From the NCBI GenBank assembly GCA_017983435.1, contig JAGOBM010000001.1:111916-175915 (forward strand): DNA of 64,000 nt. The letters run 5' to 3'. The stretch is from Candidatus Moraniibacteriota bacterium. Its GTDB lineage: Bacteria > Patescibacteriota > Minisyncoccia > Moranbacterales > UBA1568. A program made the position numbers and the translations under genes. Under the pieces are notes generated by a model. The model worked only from the letters and a program-made list of their open reading frames with translations. It did no database searches and was not told where the DNA came from. Below, in pieces: positions 48,725 through 58,377 of this stretch (positions within the stretch are counted from its first letter, which is position 1; every line of letters starts with the position of its first letter).

Positions 48725-50566
48725 ATGCAACAGGATCATATCCGCAATTTCTGCATCATCGCCCATATCGACCACGGGAAGAGTACCCTGGCCGATCGTT
48801 TGATTGAGCTCACACATACGGTCGAGGACCGGAAAATGAAAGAGCAGCTGCTCGATCAGATGGATCTCGAGCGGGAGCGCGGCATCACCATCAAGCTTCA
48901 GCCGGTCCAGATGCGCTACCGCTATGCCTTGCCAGAGCCGGACGGATCGCGGGAGCCGGAGACGGAGTTCTTGCTCAATCTGATCGACACGCCGGGGCAC
49001 GTCGATTTTCATTATGAGGTTTCGCGTTCGCTCGCGGCGGTCGAAGGGGCGATACTCCTGGTCGATGCGACCAAGGGGGTCCAGGCGCAGACGCTGGCCA
49101 ATCTCTACCTAGCGATCGAACAGGGACTGGAGATTATTCCGGTCGTCAACAAGATCGATCTGCCCAATGCCCAGGTCGAGAAGACGAAGAAAGAGATTAT
49201 CCATGTATTGGGGTGTGCCGAAGACGATATCCTCGAGGCGAGCGGCAAGAGCGGCGTCGGTGTGCAGGCGGTGCTCGAGCGCGTCATCGAGCGGGTACCA
49301 GCGCCGGTCGGCGCCGTCGATGGGAAGCTGCGGGCGCTGATCTTCGATTCTGTCTACAATACCTACAAGGGCGTGGTGGCCTATGTGAAAGTAGTCGACG
49401 GCAGCGTGCGACGCGATGATGTGCTCCATATGCTCGGGACGGGTCATGAGAGCGTGACGGTCGAGGTCGGGATGTTCAAGCCGAATCTGGTGGCGACGGA
49501 GGTGCTCGAGGCGGGGACGATCGGTTATATCGCGACCGGACTCAAGGAAGTGGCACACTGCCGGGTCGGCGATACGATCACGTGGAAGCCGAAGGATCGC
49601 GAGCCGATCACGATCGAGATGCTGCCGGGCTATCGAGAGATCAAGCCGGCGGTCTACGCGAGTCTCTATCCGGTGGATGGTGACGAGTATAGTCTCATGC
49701 GTGATGCCCTTGAGAAGCTCAAGCTGAATGATGCCGCTTTCGTCTTCGAACCGGAATCGAACGAAGCGCTCGGCCGCGGATTCCGCTGCGGGTTCCTCGG
49801 ACTCCTCCATCTGGAAATCATCCAGGAGCGGTTGCGGCGCGAATTCGATATGGAGCCGACCATCACGACGCCGTCGGTGGTCTACGAGATCAAGATGATG
49901 GGACGCGAGGAGCGCATCCCGATGTATTCGCCGTCCGCTCTGCCGGACCCGTCCGGTATCGAGATGATCTATGAGCCGTACGTGTCACTGTCGATCGTGA
50001 CCCCGAGCGAGTTTCTCGGCAATGTCATGAATCTCTCGCAGCGGATCCGTTCGGTGTATAAGAATACAGAATATATCGATGAGGAGCGGGTACTGCTTTC
50101 CTTCGAGGCACCGCTTATGGATGTCATCGTCAGTTTCCATGATGATCTCAAGAGCGCCACGCAGGGCTATGCTTCGATGAACTACGAAGGTATCGGCTAT
50201 CGCGAGAGCGATGTCGAACGGCTTGATATCCTGGTAGCCGGAGACCGGATCGATGCGTTTTCCCGTATGGTGCCGAAGCGGCTGGCGTACGACGAAGGCA
50301 AGCGAGTCGTCGAGAAGCTCAAGGAGGTCATCCAGCGGCAGAACTTCGCGGTCGCTATCCAGGCGGCGATCGGCAGCAAAGTCATCGCCCGTGCGACGAT
50401 TTCCGCCTATCGGAAAGACGTGACCGGCTATATGTATGGCGGCGATTTTTCACGCAAGAAGAAGCTTCTCGAGAAGCAGAAGCGCGGCAAGAAGAAGGCC
50501 AAAGAGCTCGGGCAGGGGAAGGTGCCTATTCCGGGAGAGGCGTTTCTCGCGATTCTCAAGAATTAA
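48725..50566 (+). CDS. lepA: elongation factor 4 (LepA)
   Basis: IRNFCIIAHIDHGKSTLADRL G1 motif, DTPGHVDF G3, NKIDL G4, LepA-specific C-terminal domain; 613 aa. Confidence 0.9.
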   Translation: MQQDHIRNFCIIAHIDHGKSTLADRLIELTHTVEDRKMKEQLLDQMDLERERGITIKLQPVQMRYRYALPEPDGSREPETEFLLNLIDTPGHVDFHYEVSRSLAAVEGAILLVDATKGVQAQTLANLYLAIEQGLEIIPVVNKIDLPNAQVEKTKKEIIHVLGCAEDDILEASGKSGVGVQAVLERVIERVPAPVGAVDGKLRALIFDSVYNTYKGVVAYVKVVDGSVRRDDVLHMLGTGHESVTVEVGMFKPNLVATEVLEAGTIGYIATGLKEVAHCRVGDTITWKPKDREPITIEMLPGYREIKPAVYASLYPVDGDEYSLMRDALEKLKLNDAAFVFEPESNEALGRGFRCGFLGLLHLEIIQERLRREFDMEPTITTPSVVYEIKMMGREERIPMYSPSALPDPSGIEMIYEPYVSLSIVTPSEFLGNVMNLSQRIRSVYKNTEYIDEERVLLSFEAPLMDVIVSFHDDLKSATQGYASMNYEGIGYRESDVERLDILVAGDRIDAFSRMVPKRLAYDEGKRVVEKLKEVIQRQNFAVAIQAAIGSKVIARATISAYRKDVTGYMYGGDFSRKKKLLEKQKRGKKKAKELGQGKVPIPGEAFLAILKN

Positions 50567-50595
50567 GCGTTCGATCGGACTATCGGATATGATGA

Positions 50596-50627
50596 GAAAC
50601 CATCCGCTGGATGGTTTCTTTTTTTTG
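50596..50627 (+). terminator. intrinsic terminator after lepA
   Basis: gaaaccatcc-gctg-gatggtttc then tttttttt. Confidence 0.75.
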
Positions 50628-50671
50628 AAAAAACCGGGAAACCGGGGTATACTGGAAGGGTAATCATTGTC

Positions 50672-50995
50672 ATGGAACCTATGGCCATGGAACTGACCGA
50701 ACTTAATTTTGAGACAGAAGTATTGAAGAGCGATAAGCCGGTGCTGGTGGATTTTTGGGCCCCGTGGTGTGGACCGTGCCAGATGATGGGACCGGTGATC
50801 GATGAGTTGACTGCCGAGGTGACGACCGCCAAGATCGCCAAGCTGAACGTGGATGAGCATCCGGCATTGGCACAGAAGTATGGCATCATGTCGATTCCGG
50901 CGCTGAAGATCTTCAAGGGCGGCCAGGTCGTCAAGGAATTCATCGGTGTCCAGCAGAAAGACAAGATGAAGGCCGAGCTCGAAGCCGCAGCCTAG
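50672..50995 (+). CDS. trxA: thioredoxin
   Basis: VLVDFWAPWCGPCQMMGPV: WCGPC active site; 107 aa; gggtatact extended -10 upstream. Confidence 0.85.
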   Translation: MEPMAMELTELNFETEVLKSDKPVLVDFWAPWCGPCQMMGPVIDELTAEVTTAKIAKLNVDEHPALAQKYGIMSIPALKIFKGGQVVKEFIGVQQKDKMKAELEAAA

Positions 50996-51031
50996 TCGGA
51001 GCAGAGGGGAGGATTCACCAAAAAATCAAAT

Positions 51032-51472
51032 ATGAAAATTCATAGGGAGCAGATCGATCTGGAGAGCAAGACGCAGATCCAGTTCATGGATATCACCGAT
51101 CGGGTGCAGGAAATCGTCGATCGTTCAGGCATACGTGAGGGTCAGGTGCTTATCTATGTGCCGCATACGACGATGGGTGTGGCTATCAATCACAACGAGT
51201 CGATGCTCCTGCAGGATTTCATGCGTGTGCTCTACAAAATCGTTCCGGTGGATGACCAGTACTCTCATGATCTGTTCGAACTGAAGCGGGATAGCACTTC
51301 CGATGGGCGCAGCAACGGGCATTCGCATTGCAAGGCGATACTGCTCGGCAACAGCGAAACGCTGCCGATCGAGAAAGGAAAATTGTTTCTGACAGAAAAG
51401 CAGAATATTTTTGCGGTGGAGTTCGACGGGTCGCGCAAGCGCGATGTCTATATCCAGGTCATCGGCGTATAA
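51032..51472 (+). CDS. yjbQ: YjbQ/UPF0047 family protein
   Basis: 146 aa; VPHTTMGVAINHNE and GHSHCKAILLGNSETLPI motifs typical of UPF0047. Confidence 0.7.
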   Translation: MKIHREQIDLESKTQIQFMDITDRVQEIVDRSGIREGQVLIYVPHTTMGVAINHNESMLLQDFMRVLYKIVPVDDQYSHDLFELKRDSTSDGRSNGHSHCKAILLGNSETLPIEKGKLFLTEKQNIFAVEFDGSRKRDVYIQVIGV

Positions 51473-51524
51473 GCGGCCCAGCGAGCGCCCTCTGATGCGG
51501 GGACTCGCGTAAGATCTAGCGGTT

Positions 51525-52148
51525 ATGACCCCTCTGGTCGAAACACTCAAACAAAACGGGTATTTGCGTTCTGATACGCTGGTAGAAGCTTTCGAGTCGG
51601 TGACTCGAGCGGATTTTTTGCCGCCTGAATTCGAGGACGAAGCCGATGCCGATATTCCGCTGCCGATCGGACATGGACAGATGGGCCCGCAGCCGAGTAC
51701 GGTCGCGGTGATGCTCGAGCTGCTTGAGCCGAAGGCGGGGCAGCGTATCCTGACGATCGGGAGCGGTTCCGGATGGGTCACCGGTCTGCTCGCCTACGTC
51801 GTCGGCGATCAGGGGAAAATCGTGGCATTTGAGGGTCTCGATGAGATGCATGCCCGGGGGCAGTCCAATCTGGAGAAGTTCGATTTCATCAAGACCGGCC
51901 GGGTCGAATGTCTGCTCGGAGAGGGGAAGGAAGGATATCCGGATGCAGCACCCTTCGATCGCATACTCGTGACGGCTTCGGCTGAAGATATGCCGCTCTC
52001 GTTCCAGCAACAGCTAGCTCTGTCGGGCAAGATGGTGCTGCCGATACGGAACCATCTCTGCTATTTTGAGAAGCGGAGCGAGGAGGAGCTCTACAAAGAA
52101 GAGTTCCCTGGCTTCATATTCATCCCATTGATTCTGAAATCATTTTAG
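51525..52148 (+). CDS. pcm: protein-L-isoaspartate O-methyltransferase
   Basis: ILTIGSGSGWVTGLLAYVV SAM-binding motif I, PIGHGQMGPQPSTVAVMLELLE pre-motif, PCMT-like C-terminus. Confidence 0.75.
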   Translation: MTPLVETLKQNGYLRSDTLVEAFESVTRADFLPPEFEDEADADIPLPIGHGQMGPQPSTVAVMLELLEPKAGQRILTIGSGSGWVTGLLAYVVGDQGKIVAFEGLDEMHARGQSNLEKFDFIKTGRVECLLGEGKEGYPDAAPFDRILVTASAEDMPLSFQQQLALSGKMVLPIRNHLCYFEKRSEEELYKEEFPGFIFIPLILKSF

Positions 52149-52159
52149 AGCGCGTATCT

Positions 52160-53164
52160 ATGCGAAAATTCTTCCTGATAGTCATTTTCGTCATGACGGT
52201 GTCGTCGGTCGTTGTTATCGCACTTCTGGAGAGCTGGTCGGCACAGCATGGTCCGCAGCCGAAGGAACAGTCTTTCGTGCTCCTGAGAGGCGAGGATGCG
52301 CTGGTCGTTGCGACGCATCTCGAAGAGCAGGGTATCGTCCGGAATCGTTTCGGATTTCTCTATGCGCTCGCCCGTCAGAAGAAGCTCAATAGCCTGGTCG
52401 CAGGTGAATACCGTTTATCGGGGAATCTGGCCGCGCAGGATATCGTCGTCCGACTTTCGACCGGTCAGGTCGTATCGCCGGATATCCAGGTAACTTTCCC
52501 GGAGGGATTCACACTGCAGCAGATGGCAGATAGGCTGACGCAGGTCGGGCTTCCGGGTGATGATTTCCTCGAACAAGGGCTGGCTCCCGCATCCGCTTGG
52601 CGATCGGAGTTCTCATTTCTTAGCCTCCTGCCTCCTGGGGGTAGTCTTGAAGGATTCCTCTTTCCTGACACGTACCGCTTTGACCGGAAGGCCGATGCTT
52701 TGGATATCACGCGCAGTATGCTGGCGACGTTTGAGCGTAAGGCGTGGCCGCTCTTTGCCTCTCGTACATCGAAGGATGCCTATGCGGCGCTGGTGCTGTC
52801 CAGTATCGTAGAGACGGAAGTGCGGAGCGATCAGGACCGCGCTCTGGTGGCTGATCTGTTCCTGCGTCGCTTGGCTCTCGATCATCCGTTGCAGAGTGAT
52901 GCGACCGTGAAATACATCCTCGGGAAGAACAAAGTACAGCATACCTTCGAAGAAACGCGGACAGATTCCCCGTACAATACCTATGTGAACAAGGGATTGC
53001 CGCCGGGGCCGATCGCTAATCCGGGTCTGTCATCGATCAAGGCGGTACTGAACCCCGCCAAGAATTCATATTTCTATTTCTTGAGCGATCCGAAGACGGG
53101 AGAGACTGTATTCTCTGTGACGTTTGAGGAGCATGTGCGGAACAAGGCCGCTCATGGCCTCTAA
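52160..53164 (+). CDS. mltG: endolytic murein transglycosylase MltG (YceG-like)
   Basis: N-terminal TM, YceG domain with LQSDATVKY...LPPGPIANPGLSSIKAVLNP. Confidence 0.75.
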   Translation: MRKFFLIVIFVMTVSSVVVIALLESWSAQHGPQPKEQSFVLLRGEDALVVATHLEEQGIVRNRFGFLYALARQKKLNSLVAGEYRLSGNLAAQDIVVRLSTGQVVSPDIQVTFPEGFTLQQMADRLTQVGLPGDDFLEQGLAPASAWRSEFSFLSLLPPGGSLEGFLFPDTYRFDRKADALDITRSMLATFERKAWPLFASRTSKDAYAALVLSSIVETEVRSDQDRALVADLFLRRLALDHPLQSDATVKYILGKNKVQHTFEETRTDSPYNTYVNKGLPPGPIANPGLSSIKAVLNPAKNSYFYFLSDPKTGETVFSVTFEEHVRNKAAHGL

Positions 53165-53182
53165 GATAGCTATTTAATACAC

Positions 53183-54244
53183 ATGAACGGTATACAGCTG
53201 ACACGACGGCAGCGGCTGGTGATCGGACACCTGATCCTCTTGGGTGGAATTTCTGTGCTCTTTTGGACGCTTTTCCGGGTATCGATCGCTCAGCCGGAGA
53301 GTGTGGCGATCCTGAAAGCGCTCTTGGCCGCATCCGCCCTGTTTTCCTGGGTGCTGGTCGGACTGCTCCTCTGGAGGGAACCGGCGGCTCTGTGGGTCGG
53401 TATCGGATGTATTGTCCTGCCAGTGCTTTTCTGGGGATTCGATGCGCGCGCGTATGCTGGGCTTCTCGTGGCCGTCTTCTGCTGGTGGGCGGCAGCGAGA
53501 GAAGTATCTCGGGAGACGGAGGACCGACTCTCGTTCTCTTCGGGGCGCTCCTTCGCCGTCGCGAAACAGATGGGAGTGCTCGGTTTCTCGATCCTGATTT
53601 CCATCGGGTATTTCCTCTCCATCCGGACGCTGTCGTGGGAGGATCTCGTCTCGCGTTTCGAGCTGCGGGCCGGGACCGTCGAGAAGATGGCGACGCTGGT
53701 CGGATATGTCCAGCCTGAGCTGGCCGAGCTCGGCCAGGATAGCCGAACGGTCGATGAGTATCTCCGATCACTCAGCGGACTTTCTTTTTTGAATACTTCA
53801 GATGAAACACTGCAATTTGAGCAGCTGAACGATCAGGTGGGGCGATTGCGTGAGCAGGGCATCAATATCGAATTTACCGGTGATGCCCTGACACTCGTGC
53901 GCGGAGCAGCGGAGGAGAGCTCTCTTGCATCGGGGCGCCAGCAGCTGGGCGAATTGGCGGGACGTACGGTCAGCGGAGATGAGCAGGTTTCGGCGCTGTT
54001 CGCCGAGGTGCTTGAGAAGAAGATCTTCGCGATCGTCGAAGGGAGCCGGATGCAGGAGCGGATACCGGATCGGACCCTACCGGTGTTCATCGCGCTTCTT
54101 TTTTTCCTGACGGTCTGGCCGCTGGCGCTTATCCTGTTCTCACTCTGGAGCTTCGTGGCGGCGCTCTGTATCGGATTGTTCCGGTCATGGCGTTGGATCG
54201 AGATCAGTCGGCATGCGGCCCTGCAGGATCGGATGGAACGATAG
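53183..54244 (+). CDS. hypothetical polytopic membrane protein
   Basis: 353 aa; 4 TM N-terminal, central soluble region, 2 TM C-terminal; no recognisable family. Confidence 0.4.
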   Translation: MNGIQLTRRQRLVIGHLILLGGISVLFWTLFRVSIAQPESVAILKALLAASALFSWVLVGLLLWREPAALWVGIGCIVLPVLFWGFDARAYAGLLVAVFCWWAAAREVSRETEDRLSFSSGRSFAVAKQMGVLGFSILISIGYFLSIRTLSWEDLVSRFELRAGTVEKMATLVGYVQPELAELGQDSRTVDEYLRSLSGLSFLNTSDETLQFEQLNDQVGRLREQGINIEFTGDALTLVRGAAEESSLASGRQQLGELAGRTVSGDEQVSALFAEVLEKKIFAIVEGSRMQERIPDRTLPVFIALLFFLTVWPLALILFSLWSFVAALCIGLFRSWRWIEISRHAALQDRMER

Positions 54245-54369
54245 CGGCCGAGCGGATTCCGCTCCGTGCGAAACGGATCTGGCTGTCTGGTTAGCACTCA
54301 ATTGTTTTGATTGCTAACTTTTTATTTTTCAGGTATCCTGGAGCGTGTATTTCCAAACATGTATTTCTT

Positions 54370-55467
54370 ATGGCTCAGAATTATTATGATCTCCTTGGCG
54401 TGGGGAAATCGGCATCGCAGGATGATATCAAGAAGGCTTTTCGGAAGCTGGCGCATCAGCATCATCCGGACAAATCAGGAGGGGACGAAGCGAGATTCAA
54501 AGAGATTAATGAGGCCTACAGTGTCCTCTCGGATCCGACGAAGCGTGCGCAGTACGATCAGTTCGGCCGGACAGCCAATGGTTCAGGCGGATTCTCCTCC
54601 CAAGGCGGACCAGCCTCGGGCTGGGATTTCAGCCAGTTTGGTGGAGCGAATGGCAATGTACATTTCGATTTCGGAGGTGGCGGTTTTGAAGATATCTTTT
54701 CAGATATTTTCGGCGGTGCGAGGCAGGGCAGTCGGGCGCGGGCTGGATCAGATATCCAGGTCGATGTTGAGATTTCATTCGAGGAAATGGTGAAGGGGGC
54801 GCACAAGGAAGTGTCGCTCAGGAAGCTGGCGGCCTGCGAACACTGCCGGAGCACCGGAGGAGAGCCTGGATCCAAGGAAGAATCCTGCAAGGCCTGCGGC
54901 GGCCACGGACAGGTCAAGAAACATGTCCGCAGCATCTTCGGAGTCATCGAGCAGGCCGTAGCGTGCGATACGTGTCGCGGCAAAGGAAAGACATATACAG
55001 AAGCGTGCCGTCAGTGTCGGGGCGAAGGCCGGGCGCAGCAGGAAGAGAACATCGGTATCGATATCCCAGCGGGCATCCAGGATGGGCAGGCACTCTCATT
55101 ACCGGGTCATGGTGCTGCGGGGGAATCGGGCGCGCCGGCTGGCGATCTATTCGTCGTGGTACATGTCCGGACTCATGCGCAGTGGATGCGGCGCGGAGAC
55201 GATATCTATTCGACGATAGAGATCAGTTATCCGGAGGCTGTGCTGGGCGATAAGGTTTCGGTCGCAACCATCGATGGTCCGGTTTCCATGAAGGTTCCGG
55301 CGGGTACCCAGCCAGGGGAGGTCTTCCGGATCCGCGGCAAGGGTATCCCACATCTCGGCCGCTACGGACAGGGGGATCATCTGGTCACTGTGAAGCTCGT
55401 CGTGCCGAAAAAACTTTCTCATGCGGAAAAGGCATTGATCAGTCAGCTTAAGAAATCCGCTCGTTAG
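54370..55467 (+). CDS. dnaJ: molecular chaperone DnaJ
   Basis: J-domain with HPD (YYDLLGV...HQHHPDK), G/F-rich linker, four CxxCxGxG zinc-finger repeats (CEHCRSTG, CKACGGHG, CDTCRGKG, CRQCRGEG). Confidence 0.85.
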   Translation: MAQNYYDLLGVGKSASQDDIKKAFRKLAHQHHPDKSGGDEARFKEINEAYSVLSDPTKRAQYDQFGRTANGSGGFSSQGGPASGWDFSQFGGANGNVHFDFGGGGFEDIFSDIFGGARQGSRARAGSDIQVDVEISFEEMVKGAHKEVSLRKLAACEHCRSTGGEPGSKEESCKACGGHGQVKKHVRSIFGVIEQAVACDTCRGKGKTYTEACRQCRGEGRAQQEENIGIDIPAGIQDGQALSLPGHGAAGESGAPAGDLFVVVHVRTHAQWMRRGDDIYSTIEISYPEAVLGDKVSVATIDGPVSMKVPAGTQPGEVFRIRGKGIPHLGRYGQGDHLVTVKLVVPKKLSHAEKALISQLKKSAR

Positions 55468-55553
55468 GGAGGAAGAACGGCCCGCGGTGTGTCTTGGTGA
55501 TATGCTATACTGCTCCTGATATCCGCACAGATAATTTCGTGTTTCCTGACCGT

Positions 55554-56099
55554 ATGACGAATCCAAAAAAAGTGCTGCTCGTAGACGATAATGTGGAAGT
55601 CCGCAGCTTGTACGCCGAGATCTTCCGTCAAGCTGAGTTCGATGTCCGCGAGGCGAATGACGGTCTCGAAGGCCTGGAGATGGCGAATCAGATCGTCCCG
55701 GATATCATCCTGTCCGGCATTATTATGCCGCGTATGGATGGATTTCAGCTCGTGGAGACGCTGCGGAAGAATGTGACGACCGGCAGCGTGCCGATCATCT
55801 TTCTCTCGCATCTCGGTCGGGAAGAGGATGAGTCGCGTGCGCGGGAGCTCAAGGTGGATGATTTCATCGTGCAGGGCATGGTATCGCCGATAGAGGCGCT
55901 GCAGCGAGTCAAGAATATTCTGGAGAACAAGACATACGTTGTGAATATCGATCCGCATAGTCTCGATGCCGAGCGCTTGCTCAAGGACCTGGGACTGGAT
56001 GAGAATTTCAATACGCCGGACGGCGGGCGCTGGGTGCTCTCTCTTCGTCTGCGGAGTCTTGAGAAGAAGCAGTTCGATGCTGAGCTGGCAATCGATTAA
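55554..56099 (+). CDS. orphan response regulator (REC domain only, no DNA-binding output domain recognised)
   Basis: KKVLLVDDNVEVR...DIILSGIIMPRMDGFQL: phospho-acceptor Asp context, conserved T/K; tgctatact -10 upstream; no histidine kinase adjacent. Confidence 0.7.
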   Translation: MTNPKKVLLVDDNVEVRSLYAEIFRQAEFDVREANDGLEGLEMANQIVPDIILSGIIMPRMDGFQLVETLRKNVTTGSVPIIFLSHLGREEDESRARELKVDDFIVQGMVSPIEALQRVKNILENKTYVVNIDPHSLDAERLLKDLGLDENFNTPDGGRWVLSLRLRSLEKKQFDAELAID

Positions 56100-56120
56100 T
56101 TCGGACTGCCTGAGGAAATT

Positions 56121-57824
56121 ATGGCTTTATGGAAATACCGCATCCGTGAGCGCCGGCCGCTTGCGGGGGCAGGTCATCCTGTCATCAAACTGTTGCTGGA
56201 CGCGAGAGGGTATGCCGATGAAAACGATCGGGAGCGTTTTTTTGCTCCTCATTACGGACGTGACCTACATGATCCGTTTTTGTTTTCCCAGATGGATCGG
56301 GCAATCGATCGGATCGGTGCTGCACTCAAAGAGGGAGAAACGATCGGTATTTTCGGTGATTACGATGCCGACGGCGTAACCTCATCGGTCGTGATGCGTG
56401 AGGCACTTGAGGCGCTCGGCTGCCGGGTAGTGGTCTATATACCGAAAAAAGATACTGAGGGACACGGTCTGAATGAACGAGCACTCGATTTTTTTGTCGA
56501 ACAGGGAGTGCGGCTCATGATGACGCTTGATTGCGGCATGATGAATCATGCGGAGATAGATCGGGCGAACGAGCTCGGTCTCGAGGTAATCATCGTCGAC
56601 CATCATCATGTGCCGGAAACATTGCCCGCCGCCGTCGCTATCATCAACCCGAAGCTTCGCGGCGAGACCTACCCTTTTCATGATCTCTGCGGCGCTGGGA
56701 CGGCTTTCAAAGTCGCGCAGGCGCTCTTCCGTCGTTTCGCACCGGAACGCGAAGAAGAACTCAAATGGCTCTTGGATGTCGTAGCGACCGGCACAGTCGC
56801 TGATGTCATGCCGCTCGTCGGGGAGAATCGGGTCTTGGTGAAGTATGGGCTGATCGTTCTGTCGCGGACCCGCCGAGTCGGATTTCAGGAGATGTTTCAG
56901 GTCGGCAAGATGGGTATCGATGAGGAGAAGCAGCCGACCGCGCGCGATATCGGCTTCCAGATCGCACCGCGCATCAATGCCGCGTCGCGTATGGCTCATG
57001 CCATGCTGGCCCACGAGCTGCTCATGGAGCGCGATGCTGTGAAGGCTCGGGTACTCGCGTTGGAACTCGAGGCGCATAACGTCGCTCGTCAGAAGATCTC
57101 TACGGCGGCGACCGATCAGGTCAAGAAGCTGGCGCAGGAGCAATACCAGGATAAGAAATTTATTTTCGCGGTCGGAAAAGAATATCCCTTCGGTATTGTC
57201 GGACTGATTGCTGGCCGGGTCGCGAGTACGTATCGCAAGCCGACCTGCGTTCTCTATCGGGGGGAGACGGAAAGTATGGGATCATTTCGGAGCATCCCCG
57301 AATTCAGTGTCATCGAAGCGATCGAGCAGTGCGCTGATCTTCTGGTCAAATTCGGCGGGCATGCGCAGGCAGCCGGCATGACTATCAAGAATGAGCATCT
57401 AGATGCTTTTTATGAACGTTTCAACACATTGGTAGAAAAAGCGCTTCAGGATACCGTCACGGAGCCGGAACTCTGGATCGACCTATCGCTTGATCCGGCC
57501 GATATCGTGCCTGAGTTGGTGACAGATATCGCGCGCTTCGCTCCCTTCGGAGAAGGTAATCCCGAGCCGGTCTTCCATCTGGCAGATATGCTGGTGAAGC
57601 AGGCTCGCTTTGTCGGAGCAGGTAATAAACACCTCAAATTGGCGCTGGCTTCGGCAGATGGGTCGAAAGTATTTGATGCTATCGGCTTCTCTCTCGGGGA
57701 ACGCTTCCCAGATATCGTTCCCGGGGACCGATTTGACGCGGTTTTCAACTTGGAAGAGAATACGTGGAATGGACGGACATCCATTCAGCTCAAATTGATT
57801 GATCTTTGCAAGAAGGGAGCCTAA
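56121..57824 (+). CDS. recJ: single-stranded-DNA-specific exonuclease RecJ
   Basis: DHH motifs (IGIFGDYDADGVTS, VIIVDHHH) and DHHA1 domain; 567 aa. Confidence 0.85.
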   Translation: MALWKYRIRERRPLAGAGHPVIKLLLDARGYADENDRERFFAPHYGRDLHDPFLFSQMDRAIDRIGAALKEGETIGIFGDYDADGVTSSVVMREALEALGCRVVVYIPKKDTEGHGLNERALDFFVEQGVRLMMTLDCGMMNHAEIDRANELGLEVIIVDHHHVPETLPAAVAIINPKLRGETYPFHDLCGAGTAFKVAQALFRRFAPEREEELKWLLDVVATGTVADVMPLVGENRVLVKYGLIVLSRTRRVGFQEMFQVGKMGIDEEKQPTARDIGFQIAPRINAASRMAHAMLAHELLMERDAVKARVLALELEAHNVARQKISTAATDQVKKLAQEQYQDKKFIFAVGKEYPFGIVGLIAGRVASTYRKPTCVLYRGETESMGSFRSIPEFSVIEAIEQCADLLVKFGGHAQAAGMTIKNEHLDAFYERFNTLVEKALQDTVTEPELWIDLSLDPADIVPELVTDIARFAPFGEGNPEPVFHLADMLVKQARFVGAGNKHLKLALASADGSKVFDAIGFSLGERFPDIVPGDRFDAVFNLEENTWNGRTSIQLKLIDLCKKGA

Positions 57825-57825
57825 C

Positions 57826-58206
57826 ATGCTGTTTCGACCCAAACAGGTGGTCTGCGTCTGTATCGGTGTGCGGATAACCTCGACCTGCTGGAGACTCGGT
57901 ACGGTCGTGAAGGATGTCTCCTCGAGACAGAACACACTGTATAAAGTAGCGGTATCGATGCGTGATCCGGATGGATGGGATGACGGTTCGGAAAGACAGG
58001 GTGAGGAGCACGAATGGTGTAGTAATATCATCCTGCCGGATGATTCGCTCTCGCTTCTGTTCGCTCGAGTATCGAGCCGGAGTTTCCTTATCCGGTTTGC
58101 TTCGAACGAAGTATTGCAGTATCGCGAGCAGTATACCGTGTCTCCGATGCAGCTCTGTGTCGCTGACCCAGGCGTGCTGTGGAAGAAAATCTTCCAGAAG
58201 ACATGA
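57826..58206 (+). CDS. hypothetical small protein
   Basis: 126 aa from ATG 57826 with aggga SD; Cys/Trp-containing, no family; followed by a strong terminator. Confidence 0.3.
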   Translation: MLFRPKQVVCVCIGVRITSTCWRLGTVVKDVSSRQNTLYKVAVSMRDPDGWDDGSERQGEEHEWCSNIILPDDSLSLLFARVSSRSFLIRFASNEVLQYREQYTVSPMQLCVADPGVLWKKIFQKT

Positions 58207-58236
58207 CTGCCCAGAACCTTGGGCAGTCTTTTTTTA
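58205..58236 (+). terminator. intrinsic terminator
   Basis: gactgcccag-aacctt-gggcagtc then ttttttt. Confidence 0.75.
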
Positions 58237-58255
58237 CTGCGGTCGTTATTGTGTC

Positions 58256-58346
58256 GCCGGCCCTCATCCAGCCAGAAGTTTTTCCTGAAGCCCGAGACTT
58301 CTGAGGCGATAGTGAAGGAAAAATTTGCTGGCTGGGCGAGGGCCTC
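58256..58346 (+). repeat. F1 hairpin repeat element copy 10
   Basis: ggccctcatccagccagaag-tttttcc-[tgaagcccgagacttctgaggcgatagtgaagg]-aaaaatttgctggctgggcgagggcc. Confidence 0.8.
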
Positions 58347-58377
58347 TGTGTTATTGATCTTGGAATTATGAATAGCG

